Shown here in pieces: positions 18,951-27,471 of a DNA stretch of 64,000 nucleotides. A program made the translations under genes and the position numbers. The stretch comes from Candidatus Leptovillus gracilis (GTDB taxonomy: Bacteria; Chloroflexota; Anaerolineae; Promineifilales; Promineifilaceae), in NCBI GenBank assembly GCA_016716065.1, contig JADJXA010000025.1, positions 292,863 through 356,862 on the forward strand. Reading direction: 5' to 3'. Under the pieces are notes generated by a model. That model saw only the letters and a program-made list of their open reading frames with translations. It made no database searches and was not told the DNA's origin. Every line of letters begins with the position of its first letter. Positions within the stretch are counted from its first letter, which is position 1.

Positions 18951-19229
18951 TCACCGCCACCGCTCCCTGTCGCCGGGAGGAAACAGCAGCCAGGCTAGTA
19001 AGGCAAACAGGAGAACCGCGCCCCAGGTGTTGACAAAAAAGCCAGCCACAATCTCGGCCACTTGGTCGCTGGGCGTCGGTTCAGTGTCCGACGGCACGGC
19101 CGTTGGGGGAGCTGGTTCCGCCTGCTCAATGGACACGGCCGCGTCGCCGTGTTCGCTGGCGGCGATGTAAACGTCGCCGCAGCCGGCGAGCGCCACAAGC
19201 AGGACCAACGTTAAGAGAAGTCGAATCAT
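18951..19229 (-). CDS. Small lipoprotein/membrane protein
   Basis: MIRLLLTLVLLVALAGCGD lipobox and a C-terminal TM helix FFVNTWGAVLLFALLAWLLF. The ORF is open up to 19295, and an alternative ATG at 19280 has a gggagga RBS. Confidence 0.5.
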   Translation of the reverse strand: MIRLLLTLVLLVALAGCGDVYIAASEHGDAAVSIEQAEPAPPTAVPSDTEPTPSDQVAEIVAGFFVNTWGAVLLFALLAWLLFPPGDRERWR

Positions 19230-19288
19230 GGTGTACCTCCAGGAACAGCGAAGCTGGTTTAACAAATGGGCGGGACTCATCGGGTATC

Positions 19289-19485
19289 CTCCCAAAAGTG
19301 ATTTACGACTACGACAACAAAAGAAAAAAGGCCGGTTTACGACAGGTTGTCGTAAGTTGTCGTAACTGTCGTAAATTACGACCAGAGGTCGTAAGTGGTA
19401 AATTCACGACAAACCACGACAGTTAGGACAGAGTTACGACAACTACGACAGAGTTACGACAACTTACGACAGGGGCAAAAACGGC
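19289..19485. repeat. Iteron block copy 1 (dense TTACGACA/TGTCGTAA motifs)
   Basis: More than 12 copies of (T)TACGAC(A/C) in both orientations, for example tttacgacaggttgtcgtaagttgtcgtaactgtcgtaaattacgacc. Nearly identical to 19667..19850. Confidence 0.8.
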
Positions 19486-19666
19486 GGTTTGACAGACTTC
19501 CAGACGGCCGTTTCCCCTCGTTATCAGCAACGAACCGTACCAGTTAGCCGCCGTCCTAACGGCCGTGCGGCAGGTGGGGGACGGTATTGGCTGGACAGCG
19601 CCGGACGCGCAGAACGGGCGAAGGTGGACGTGGTTTAGCGAATAGTTGAGATTCATCGGATGTCCG

Positions 19667-19850
19667 CCCAAAAGACGATCTACGACTACGACAACACAAG
19701 AAAAAGGCCGATTTACGACAGGTTGTCGTAACTGTCGTAAGTTGTCGTAAATTACGACCAGGAGTCGTAGGGGGTAAATCACGACAATTACGACAACTAC
19801 GACAACTACGACAGAGTTACGACAACTTACGACAGGGGCAAAACGGCCGT
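19667..19850. repeat. Iteron block copy 2
   Basis: A direct repeat of 19289..19485 with a few substitutions and indels and the same order of TTACGACA motifs. Confidence 0.8.
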
Positions 19851-19861
19851 CTGGAAGCTGG

Positions 19862-20150
19862 TCACACGGCCGTTTCCCCTACCTGAGAAACGGCCGTCTC
19901 TGCTATTGATTGGTAAAGAACTGCACCGGTCGACGCTGGCGTACACGGCCGTTTGCGCTGCTGGTCAAACGGGCGTTTCCCCTGCCTGAGACACGGCCGT
20001 CTCTGCTATTGATTGCTAAAGAACTGCGCCGATTGGCGCTGACGCACACGGCCGTTTGCGCTGTTGGTCAAACGGCCGTTTCCCCTACCTGAGAAACGGC
20101 CGTCTCCCCGTCTCCTTGTCTCCTTGTCTCCCCGTCTCCCCATCTCCCCC
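19862..20150. repeat. About 102-bp tandem repeat (about 2.4 copies) followed by a (GTCTCCNN)x6 simple repeat
   Basis: Units start at 19862, 19965 and 20067. Each carries three ACGGCCGT-type palindrome positions (one is degenerate, acgggcgt, at 19970) and ctctgctattgattg(g/c)taaagaactgc. Then cgtctccccgtctccttgtctccttgtctccccgtctcccc (20101-20141). Confidence 0.8.
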
Positions 20151-22196
20151 TCACTCCAACACCTCCCGCACAAACCACCCCGCCGCCTCATCCCCCTGTT
20201 CCGCCAGCCAGCGGATGGCCGCCTCCGCGTCGCGGATAGAACGGCCCGGCGGGTTCACCCGGTCGCCCAGTTCCCCTTTGGCCTCGCTCAGGGCGCGGCC
20301 GGCGGCGGTGACGTTGCGGAACTGGGGGATTTGCCCTTGGAGAAGGCGGGCGTCCTGCTCGATGCGCAGCAGCCCATCGGTGAGTGACGGGTCAGCGTGG
20401 GCGGCGGGCAGCAGGTCGGCGATTTCCCACTGGCCCTCGATGACGGCCGGCGGCTGGAGCAGCGGCGGCAGAGTGGACTGCCGCACCTGCGGCGCGCGGG
20501 TCTGGACAAACTGCCGGATGTCGGCCGAGGAGGGGAAGAAGCTGACGCAGCGGTGGATTTCGCCGCCGAGATTGGCGAGGTACTGGCCGGTCGGCAAGCC
20601 CACGCTGCCCTGCGGGTAGCCGTCGCGGCTGCTGACGCCCAGGAACTTGCGGCTGCCGTCGGCGATGCGCATCCGAAAGGCGATAGCCAGACATTGGCGG
20701 CGCAGGGCCATGCCGTAGTCGCCGAGCAGCGCTCCGGTCGGGTCGGTGAGGGAGAGGAGCAGGTGGATGCCGTGTTTGCGGTTCTTGGAGGCAATCCGGT
20801 TGGCGGCGTACCAGAGGCGGTAGACGCGGTGGTCTATCTCCTCGATGGCCGTGCGTTTCTCGGCTTGCGAAGCGTACTGCCGCGAGGCGCGGATGGCCTG
20901 CTTCACCTCGTCGGCGGCCAGGATAACGGCCAGGAACTCGTCTACGGCGATGAGCAGTTCACCGCTCTCGCCGGCTTCCGCTGGCAGGTCGCGCCAGGTG
21001 TTGGCGTTCCAGGCGGCCAGGACGTGGTCGCGGCGGAGGGATTCGCGCACCGTCGCATCGAGGAAGTCGGCCAGCGGGGCGATGAGGTCACGCTCCTCCG
21101 CCGGGGGGAAGAAGGTGATGTTGGGGATGGCGACCAGGTCGGCGAAGTCGCTGCCCGCGCCGTTGACGACGATGACGTTGGCCCCGGCCGCCCACAGGCC
21201 GAGCATGGTGGGCATCAGGCCGCTGCGCGTCTTGCCGCTGCCACTGGTCCCAGCGACCAGGATGTGGGGTTCCTGGTTGCGGTCAATGAGCAAGGGGCGG
21301 CGCGGGCCGCTGATGATGGCCCCCAGGGGCAGCTGGCTGACATGCTGCCAGCGGATGAAGGTGTCCCAGCGGGCGGACGATACGTCGGTGAAGTGGCCGT
21401 CGGCGATGTCGTTGTCGGCAGCGTTGGGCACGGCCGTCTGGTCGAGGATGGTGGCGCGGGCGGGCAGAAGCTGCCAGCCGTTGGGGCCTTTGAGCATCGG
21501 CAGTTGGTTGGGCGTGACGGCCATCTGGTAGAGCGGCGGCCGGCGGGCGTCCATGAAGCGGGTGAAGAGCAGGCTGCCCGCCCCTGCCAACAGCAGCAGG
21601 GTGATTGCGCCGAGCAGGTAGGGCAGGGCATTGTTCCAGAAGCGGCGCATGTCGTTTTCCAGTTGCAGCCGTTCTAGTTCGCGGGCTTGCGCGGTGGCGC
21701 GGGCGGCCGCTTCCTGGGCGACCAGCGCCGCGTTGTGCTGCACGTCGAGCGATTCGCGGTAAAGGGCAATGGCCGTGGCCGTGCCGCTGACCTGGTTGGC
21801 AACGGCCGTGGCCGTGGCCATGCCGGCCAGTTCCAGGTCGCGCTGGCGCACGTCCTGGGCGTCACGGGTGACGAGCATCGCCCCCATCGTGGCGTTGGCG
21901 ATTTCTTGCGCCTGGGTGGTGGCCGCCTGCGCCTGCCGCGTGCCCGACAGGCTGGCATCAAACGCCTGGACGGTGGCGGCCTGCAAGGTGGCCGCCGAGT
22001 CACTGACCATGCGCGCGCCTGCCGTGCCGTAGGCGGCGGGGTTGGCGACGCTGCCGGTGGGCGGTGGCGTGGCGCAGGCGGTGAAGAAGATGAGGCACGC
22101 AGAGAAGCAGAGGAGCAGAGGAACGGAGGCGCGGAAGAGAAATCCTCGGCTTCTCCGTTCCTCCGCTTCTCGGTGTTGATTCCGGGTTGTTACCAT
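20151..22196 (-). CDS. FtsK/SpoIIIE-family DNA translocase (TraB-like), membrane-anchored
   Basis: Walker A ILVAGTSGSGKT and Walker B LLIAVDEF. N-terminal lipoprotein-like signal, an Ala/Gln coiled region and a TM helix LPYLLGAITLLLLAGAGSLLF. Confidence 0.85.
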   Translation of the reverse strand: MVTTRNQHREAEERRSRGFLFRASVPLLLCFSACLIFFTACATPPPTGSVANPAAYGTAGARMVSDSAATLQAATVQAFDASLSGTRQAQAATTQAQEIANATMGAMLVTRDAQDVRQRDLELAGMATATAVANQVSGTATAIALYRESLDVQHNAALVAQEAAARATAQARELERLQLENDMRRFWNNALPYLLGAITLLLLAGAGSLLFTRFMDARRPPLYQMAVTPNQLPMLKGPNGWQLLPARATILDQTAVPNAADNDIADGHFTDVSSARWDTFIRWQHVSQLPLGAIISGPRRPLLIDRNQEPHILVAGTSGSGKTRSGLMPTMLGLWAAGANVIVVNGAGSDFADLVAIPNITFFPPAEERDLIAPLADFLDATVRESLRRDHVLAAWNANTWRDLPAEAGESGELLIAVDEFLAVILAADEVKQAIRASRQYASQAEKRTAIEEIDHRVYRLWYAANRIASKNRKHGIHLLLSLTDPTGALLGDYGMALRRQCLAIAFRMRIADGSRKFLGVSSRDGYPQGSVGLPTGQYLANLGGEIHRCVSFFPSSADIRQFVQTRAPQVRQSTLPPLLQPPAVIEGQWEIADLLPAAHADPSLTDGLLRIEQDARLLQGQIPQFRNVTAAGRALSEAKGELGDRVNPPGRSIRDAEAAIRWLAEQGDEAAGWFVREVLE

Positions 22197-22645
22197 TCGG
22201 TGTCCTCGGGGGATGATGGGGGTTGGTTGGGTGGTGGCAGCTGCGGCGGGCCGTAGCCGTAGCCGGGTGGCAGGATGATGGGATTGTTCGGTGGATGGTT
22301 AGCGGGGTGGGGGGCGCGACGGCCGTTTCCACCCCCGCGCCGTTTGACCTGCCGGAGCAGGCTGTTGGCCTGTTTGAGGAAGGGCGTCCCGACCACCATG
22401 CCGAAAAGCAGGACGATGACAATGAGAAAGAGGATGAAGGGCCAGACGGGGCGCGACGGCCGTTCTAGCTCGCGCAGTTGTTGCAGTTCGTCGAGGGTGT
22501 CGGTGTGGCGCAGTTCGCCGATGAGGGCGGGCGCTTGTTCGACAACGGCTGGCCCGGTTTCGCGTACGGCCGTGGACAGGGCCAGGAAGGCCAGGGCGCA
22601 GGCCAGAAGGGCGACGGCGAGGAGGAGGGAAAGGAGTTTGTTCAT
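22190..22645 (-). CDS. Membrane protein with a Pro-rich C-terminus
   Basis: Signal/TM MNKLLSLLLAVALLACALAFLAL, a second TM helix WPFILFLIVIVLLFGMVV, and a PPGYGYGPPQLPPPNQPP tail. Overlaps the ftsK-like start by 7 nt. Confidence 0.6.
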   Translation of the reverse strand: MNKLLSLLLAVALLACALAFLALSTAVRETGPAVVEQAPALIGELRHTDTLDELQQLRELERPSRPVWPFILFLIVIVLLFGMVVGTPFLKQANSLLRQVKRRGGGNGRRAPHPANHPPNNPIILPPGYGYGPPQLPPPNQPPSSPEDTEW

Positions 22646-22789
22646 GATAAGGTAAGTGGGTGTGGGGGTGAACGATTATTCGTGTAGTACGGCTGAATGA
22701 GACTGGCTACCTGTCACCTGGACGGGCAGAACGTAGCCACCAGAGCGCCTTCTTTCTTCACTCCGCACTCCGCACTCCACACTCCGTAC

Positions 22790-23101
22790 TCAAATGGTTG
22801 GTCGTTGGTAATGGCGGTGGGGGCGGTGGTAAGCGCCGGCGGGCATAACGGTCGTTGCCAGACCATAGCTGACCAGCTTGAGCAGCACCCAGGCGACGTA
22901 GACTTCATCCACGCCAACGCCGCCTTCGGGGTGGTCGAGCTGGTATTCAGCGTAGGCTTCGAGGATTTCGGCCAGGGAGAGGGGCGTCTCCGGGCACAGG
23001 ACGGCGGCGATGTCTGCGCCGTGTTCCCGCCAGAAGGTGAAGGCTTCGGGGGCGAGGGGGCGGAAAGCGCCGTCGTTGTGGGTTGTGCGTAAGAATTTCA
23101 T
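22790..23101 (-). CDS. Hypothetical protein
   Basis: MKFLRTTHNDGAFRPLAPEAFTFWREHGADIAAVL..., with a GGAGGT RBS 8 nt upstream of the ATG at 23101. The ORF is open up to 23188. Confidence 0.55.
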   Translation of the reverse strand: MKFLRTTHNDGAFRPLAPEAFTFWREHGADIAAVLCPETPLSLAEILEAYAEYQLDHPEGGVGVDEVYVAWVLLKLVSYGLATTVMPAGAYHRPHRHYQRPTI

Positions 23102-23237
23102 GGGTCTTACCTCCGATTTGGTTTGCTGATTGACAGAAACCGGATACCCGGTGGTGAAGCCGGGCATCCGTGAACCGAATAGCCCCACTAACAGAAACGG
23201 CCGTTTCCCAACCCATGAAGGTGGAAAACGGCCGTTT

Positions 23238-23324
23238 GAATTGTGAATTGTGAATTGGCAATTGTGAATTGTGAAGTGGGGGGAACCCGTTCACAATTCA
23301 GACTTCACCATTCACCATTCACAA
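23238..23324. repeat. Inverted pair of heptamer tandem arrays (GAATTGT)n / (TTCACAA)n
   Basis: The first array is gaattgt gaattgt gaattgg caattgt gaattgt gaagtgg. A short spacer gggaacccg follows. The second array is ttcacaa ttcagac ttcacca ttcacca ttcacaa. Confidence 0.8.
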
Positions 23325-23562
23325 CTAAAAAAGCCGCTCCTGTTAAGGAACGGCTTCGCGCTGTCAGTGGCAATACCCAGACAATTCCGAAATCCGCAAT
23401 CGGAAATCCGAAATCGTTTGTGGTATTATCAACGCCAGCCCTCGGCCTGTTGTCGCAGGACTTGGGTTAGACGGCGGCGCGGTACTCGTAATACTGCGCC
23501 GTCGTTGCGTTTTAGACTATTTGGTTAGTCAAATTATATTCCTAATTAGGCACATATGTCAA

Positions 23563-23784
23563 TCACTCGTGATTTCCTATATCGGCACGGTATGCGCCTT
23601 TTTGCTCGCGTGTACGAATGTATTCCTCAACATCAGCGGGAGTTGTAACCCAACTACGCCCAATACGAATAGCCCGCAGCCGCCCTTTTTTAGCCAACGC
23701 ACTGAAATAGCGCCGACTAAATCCATACAAGTCAGCTGCTTCAGTCATAGAAATCTGGCGAGTTTTGTCGTCGGTGTCGTTCAC
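23563..23784 (-). CDS. Excisionase-family/MerR-like HTH DNA-binding protein
   Basis: ISMTEAADLYGFSRRYFSALAKKGRLRAIRIGRSWVTTPADVEEYIRTRE fits the HTH_17/Xis pattern. Confidence 0.7.
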   Translation of the reverse strand: MNDTDDKTRQISMTEAADLYGFSRRYFSALAKKGRLRAIRIGRSWVTTPADVEEYIRTREQKGAYRADIGNHE

Positions 23785-23799
23785 GATTCACAATGTGCT

Positions 23800-24102
23800 T
23801 TATACAATCAACGGCTGATGGCGGCTTCCAACGCGAGCCTCCTTCATGGAAAGGGCTAATTGGCGGTGGCGCTGAATAGTGGCGTCAATCGCCGCTTTGT
23901 GGTCGTAGTAATAAGCCAGCGCTGCATATACCTGTGATAATGACAATTCTAAATCAGCCGCTATCTCTTCTGGCTCTTGCCCGCCTACTACCTTGGCCGT
24001 GGCAATTGTGGCAATCTCGATGGTTGTGCCGGCGACACAAGGACGACCGTTGCGCACGCGCGGATTTGTGCTAATCAGATTAATACTTTGCACCGTTTCC
24101 AT
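23800..24102 (-). CDS. DUF433-domain (antitoxin-like) protein
   Basis: NPRVRNGRPCVAGTTIEIATIATAKVVGGQEPEEIAADLELSLSQVYAALAYYYDHKAAID is the typical DUF433 core. The ORF is open up to 24129. Confidence 0.7.
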   Translation of the reverse strand: METVQSINLISTNPRVRNGRPCVAGTTIEIATIATAKVVGGQEPEEIAADLELSLSQVYAALAYYYDHKAAIDATIQRHRQLALSMKEARVGSRHQPLIV

Positions 24103-24241
24103 AAGGGATACCCTCCTTGCCTTTGGCAAGGTTTCGCGTCTCTTACCAATTTACTCTCCATTATAATGGAAAAGGGTGGGGGAGGGGAAACGGCCGTTTA
24201 CCCCATATCTCGACCGCTCTGGTAGGGAAATCAGACCAGTT

Positions 24242-24478
24242 TTATCGTCGGTGTTCATCAAATTCGCTATCGAGTGCGGTGAAAGCTGTTAGTTCCAGGT
24301 CGGATTCGTAATCGCTCAACAAGGCCCGGGCAGCGGCGTCCAGATGGTGGGTTTGTTGTGTTTCGACGGACGCCAGCTTCGCCTCCAAAAACTCCACAAA
24401 GTTCAGCACTTCCTGTTTTTGGGAATAGGGTAGTCGGCGTAATCTGGTCAAAACGGCCGTTTCTATCATCATTTCCAT
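24242..24478 (-). CDS. Small DUF2281-like antitoxin-type protein
   Basis: LTRLRRLPYSQKQEVLNFVEFLEAKL resembles DUF2281-type antitoxins. Family assignment is tentative. Confidence 0.5.
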   Translation of the reverse strand: MEMMIETAVLTRLRRLPYSQKQEVLNFVEFLEAKLASVETQQTHHLDAAARALLSDYESDLELTAFTALDSEFDEHRR

Positions 24479-24662
24479 CGTTCTTGCCCCACTTGTAGAA
24501 CCATCTACGCTTCAATCTTGCTCCATTATAATGGAAAAGGGCAGTGGAGGGGAAACGGCCGTTTCTCTGCCTTCCCGTTTATTATCTGGTACGGCCGTTC
24601 ACCTTATGTTATCCTTACGCTACCGGTAACAAACCAGTCTAGAACCATCATGGAGAGGCCAC

Positions 24663-26165
24663 ATGGCACAATCTGGCAACAACAGCAATGGCTTCGAGCA
24701 AACCCTTTGGGCAACCGCTGACAAGCTGCGCGGCCACCTCGACGCCGCCGAGTACAAGCACGTTGTCCTCGGTCTGATTTTCCTCAAATACATCTCCGAC
24801 GCCTTCCACGTCCTTTATGATGATCTGGCCGCCCGCGCTGAAACCGACTACACCGATCCCGAATACCGCGATGAATACACCGCCGAAAATGTCTTTTGGG
24901 TTCCGCAAGAGGCACGCTGGCCCGCGTTGCAAGCGCAGGCCAAAAGCCCAGAGATTGGGCTGCGCATTGATGAGGCGATGGCGGCCATCGAGCGGGAAAA
25001 CCCGCGCCTGAAAGGGACGCTGCCCCAGGATTACGCCCGCCCGGAATTGGATAAACGCCGCCTGGGTGAACTGATTGACCTGATCAGCACCATCGCCATG
25101 CGCTCCGGCGATGTGTTGGGGCAGGTGTATGAGTATTTCCTCGGCCAGTTTGCCAGCGCCGAGGGTAAGAAGGGGGGCGAGTTCTATACCCCGGCCTCCA
25201 TCGTCAAGCTGTTGGTGGCGATGCTGGAACCGTATCGGGGGCGCGTCTATGACCCTTGTTGCGGGTCTGGCGGCATGTTTGTGCAGTCGAAGCGATTTGT
25301 CGCGGCGCATGGTGGGCGCGTGGGCGACATTTCCGTTTACGGGCAGGAGTCGAACCCTACCACCTGGAAGCTCTGCCGCATGAATCTGGCGATTCACCAT
25401 ATTGACAGCAATCTCGGCCCCCATCACGCCGACACCTTTCACCATGATCTGCACCCCGACCTGAAAGCGGATTTCATCCTCGCCAATCCTCCTTTCAACA
25501 TCAGCGATTGGGGCGGCAACTTGCTGGCGGAGGATAAGCGCTGGCAGTATGGCGCGCCGCCGACGGGCAATGCCAACTATGCCTGGTTGCAGCATATGAT
25601 TCACCATCTCGCGCCGAACGGCCGTGCCGGAATCGTCCTGGCGAATGGCTCTATGTCTTCGCAGCAGAGCGGGGAGGGGGAGATTCGGCGTAAGCTGGCG
25701 CAGGCGGATTTGGTGGAGTGCATGGTGGCGCTGCCACCGCAGTTGTTCTACAACACGCAAATTCCCGCCTGCCTCTGGTTTTTGGCGCGGCGCAAAGCAG
25801 CCGGGCGGCAGGGGCAAACGCTGTTCATTGATGCGCGGGAGTTGGGGCAGATGGTAGATCGCACCCGCCGCGAACTGAGCGACGACGACATTGACCGCAT
25901 TGCCGCCACTTTCCACGCCTGGCGCAACAACGAAGATGGTTATGAGGATGAACCCGGCTTTTGCAAAAGCGCGATGCTGGCGGAGATTGCCGCCCATGAC
26001 TTTGTGCTGACACCCGGCCGTTACGTGGGCGCGGCTGATGTGGCGGATGATGGGGAGCCGTTCGAGGAGAAGGTAGAGCGGTTAAGTTTGCTCTTGAAAA
26101 AACAGTTCAGCGAATCTTATCGATTGCAAGAAACGATTTTAGAATCTTTAAACGAGTTGTTATGA
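24663..26165 (+). CDS. hsdM: Type I restriction-modification system methyltransferase subunit
   Basis: N-terminal HsdM_N pattern ([14 protein letters not shown]...[17 protein letters not shown]), SAM motif [11 protein letters not shown] and catalytic LANPPFN. Confidence 0.95.
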   Translation: MAQSGNNSNGFEQTLWATADKLRGHLDAAEYKHVVLGLIFLKYISDAFHVLYDDLAARAETDYTDPEYRDEYTAENVFWVPQEARWPALQAQAKSPEIGLRIDEAMAAIERENPRLKGTLPQDYARPELDKRRLGELIDLISTIAMRSGDVLGQVYEYFLGQFASAEGKKGGEFYTPASIVKLLVAMLEPYRGRVYDPCCGSGGMFVQSKRFVAAHGGRVGDISVYGQESNPTTWKLCRMNLAIHHIDSNLGPHHADTFHHDLHPDLKADFILANPPFNISDWGGNLLAEDKRWQYGAPPTGNANYAWLQHMIHHLAPNGRAGIVLANGSMSSQQSGEGEIRRKLAQADLVECMVALPPQLFYNTQIPACLWFLARRKAAGRQGQTLFIDARELGQMVDRTRRELSDDDIDRIAATFHAWRNNEDGYEDEPGFCKSAMLAEIAAHDFVLTPGRYVGAADVADDGEPFEEKVERLSLLLKKQFSESYRLQETILESLNELL

Positions 26166-27451
26166 ATCCGGAAAGCCCTGTTGAGTGGATTTACCGTCCT
26201 TTAAGAGAATGCGGTCAGTGGCTCTCAGGCGGTACTCCAAGCAAGTCCAATGAAAACTATTGGGGCGGCGAAATTCCATGGATAAGTGCGAAAAGTATGC
26301 ATGACTTTTTTGTTCATGACTCCAAAGAGCATGTTACTGAGGAAGGGAGTAAAAATGGGACACGACTAGTGCCGAGAGACACCATACTTTTTGTGGTTCG
26401 TGGGATGAGCCTCGCACAAGAATTCCGAATTGGTATTACACAAAGGCCAGTTACATTTAACCAAGATTTGAAGGCGATCATTCCGACAAAAGATATTCTC
26501 CCGATGTTTCTTGCTTACGTCCTAAAAAGTAACATCCCTAAAGTAATGGCGTTAGTCGATGAAGCAAGTCATGGAACGAGACGGCTAACTACTGATGCTA
26601 TATCTCAATTATATGTCCCTATACCTTCCCTATCTGAACAAGAACGTATTATCAGTACAATTCGCGTCTTCGATGACAAAATAGAACTAAACCGGCAAAT
26701 GAACGCCACGCTGGAAGAGATGGCCCGCGCCCTGTTCAAGTCCTGGTTTGTGGACTTCGACCCGGTGCGCCGCAACCAGGCCGGGCAGCCCAGCCAGCCC
26801 TATGACCATTTGTTTCCGGGGAGATTGGTGGTGGGGGAAAACGGCCGTGAGCTGCCAGAAGGCTGGCAAATTAAACCACTTGACGAAATAGCCAGCTATC
26901 AAAACGGCCTTGCCTTGCAAAAGTATCCACCAGAAGGGGAGGAATACCTGCCAGTTATTAAAATTCGGGAATTGCGTCAGGGATTTGTAGACGACAATAG
27001 CAACCAAGCCTCACCCCATATTACAGAATCGTGTGTTTTGTACGATGGGGATGTTGTTTTTTCCTGGTCAGGCAGTTTATTGGTTGATTTATGGTGCGGC
27101 GGCAAAGGCGCACTGAATCAGCATCTTTTCAAAGTTACATCAGAGCATTATCCCAAGTGGTTTTATTATTACTGGACAGAACACCACCTGGATGAATTTC
27201 AGCGAATTGCAGCCGGTAAAGCAACAACAATGGGGCATATTCAAAGGAAACACCTGTCATCAGCAGAAACGGCCGTGCCGCCCACTGATTTACTACTTGA
27301 CACCATGACCCAGATAATGGAACCGATCGTTGAGCAAATGATTACAAACCGCATTGAATCCCGCACCCTCGCCGACCTGCGCGACACCCTTCTCCCCCGC
27401 CTCATGTCCGGCCAACTCCGCGTTCCTGTCCATAATATTTCAAGTGGATAA
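26162..27451 (+). CDS. hsdS: Type I R-M specificity subunit
   Basis: Two target-recognition domains separated by the conserved [45 protein letters not shown], with a C-terminal [21 protein letters not shown]. The ATGA start overlaps the hsdM stop. Confidence 0.9.
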   Translation: MNPESPVEWIYRPLRECGQWLSGGTPSKSNENYWGGEIPWISAKSMHDFFVHDSKEHVTEEGSKNGTRLVPRDTILFVVRGMSLAQEFRIGITQRPVTFNQDLKAIIPTKDILPMFLAYVLKSNIPKVMALVDEASHGTRRLTTDAISQLYVPIPSLSEQERIISTIRVFDDKIELNRQMNATLEEMARALFKSWFVDFDPVRRNQAGQPSQPYDHLFPGRLVVGENGRELPEGWQIKPLDEIASYQNGLALQKYPPEGEEYLPVIKIRELRQGFVDDNSNQASPHITESCVLYDGDVVFSWSGSLLVDLWCGGKGALNQHLFKVTSEHYPKWFYYYWTEHHLDEFQRIAAGKATTMGHIQRKHLSSAETAVPPTDLLLDTMTQIMEPIVEQMITNRIESRTLADLRDTLLPRLMSGQLRVPVHNISSG

Positions 27452-27471
27452 GATTCTCTAATCCTTCAACT

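Noticed and set aside
19423-19782. 119-aa ORF running through the iteron blocks
   Set aside because: Its sequence is dictated by the TTACGACA repeats (VVVVV, RQL repeats). An RBS-ATG at 19656 exists, but the product has no protein-like features.
19862-20150. Possible CRISPR array
   Set aside because: The repeats are about 102 bp long and directly contiguous, with no unique spacers. No cas genes are visible in the window.
24648-25997. 449-aa ORF antisense to hsdM. Similar long antisense ORFs occur at 20397..21677, 62290..63807, 7567..8316 and 17613..18584.
   Set aside because: Their translations are Arg/Gly/Ala/Pro-rich and low in complexity, as is typical of shadow ORFs in high-GC DNA. The opposite strands carry proteins with unambiguous catalytic motifs.
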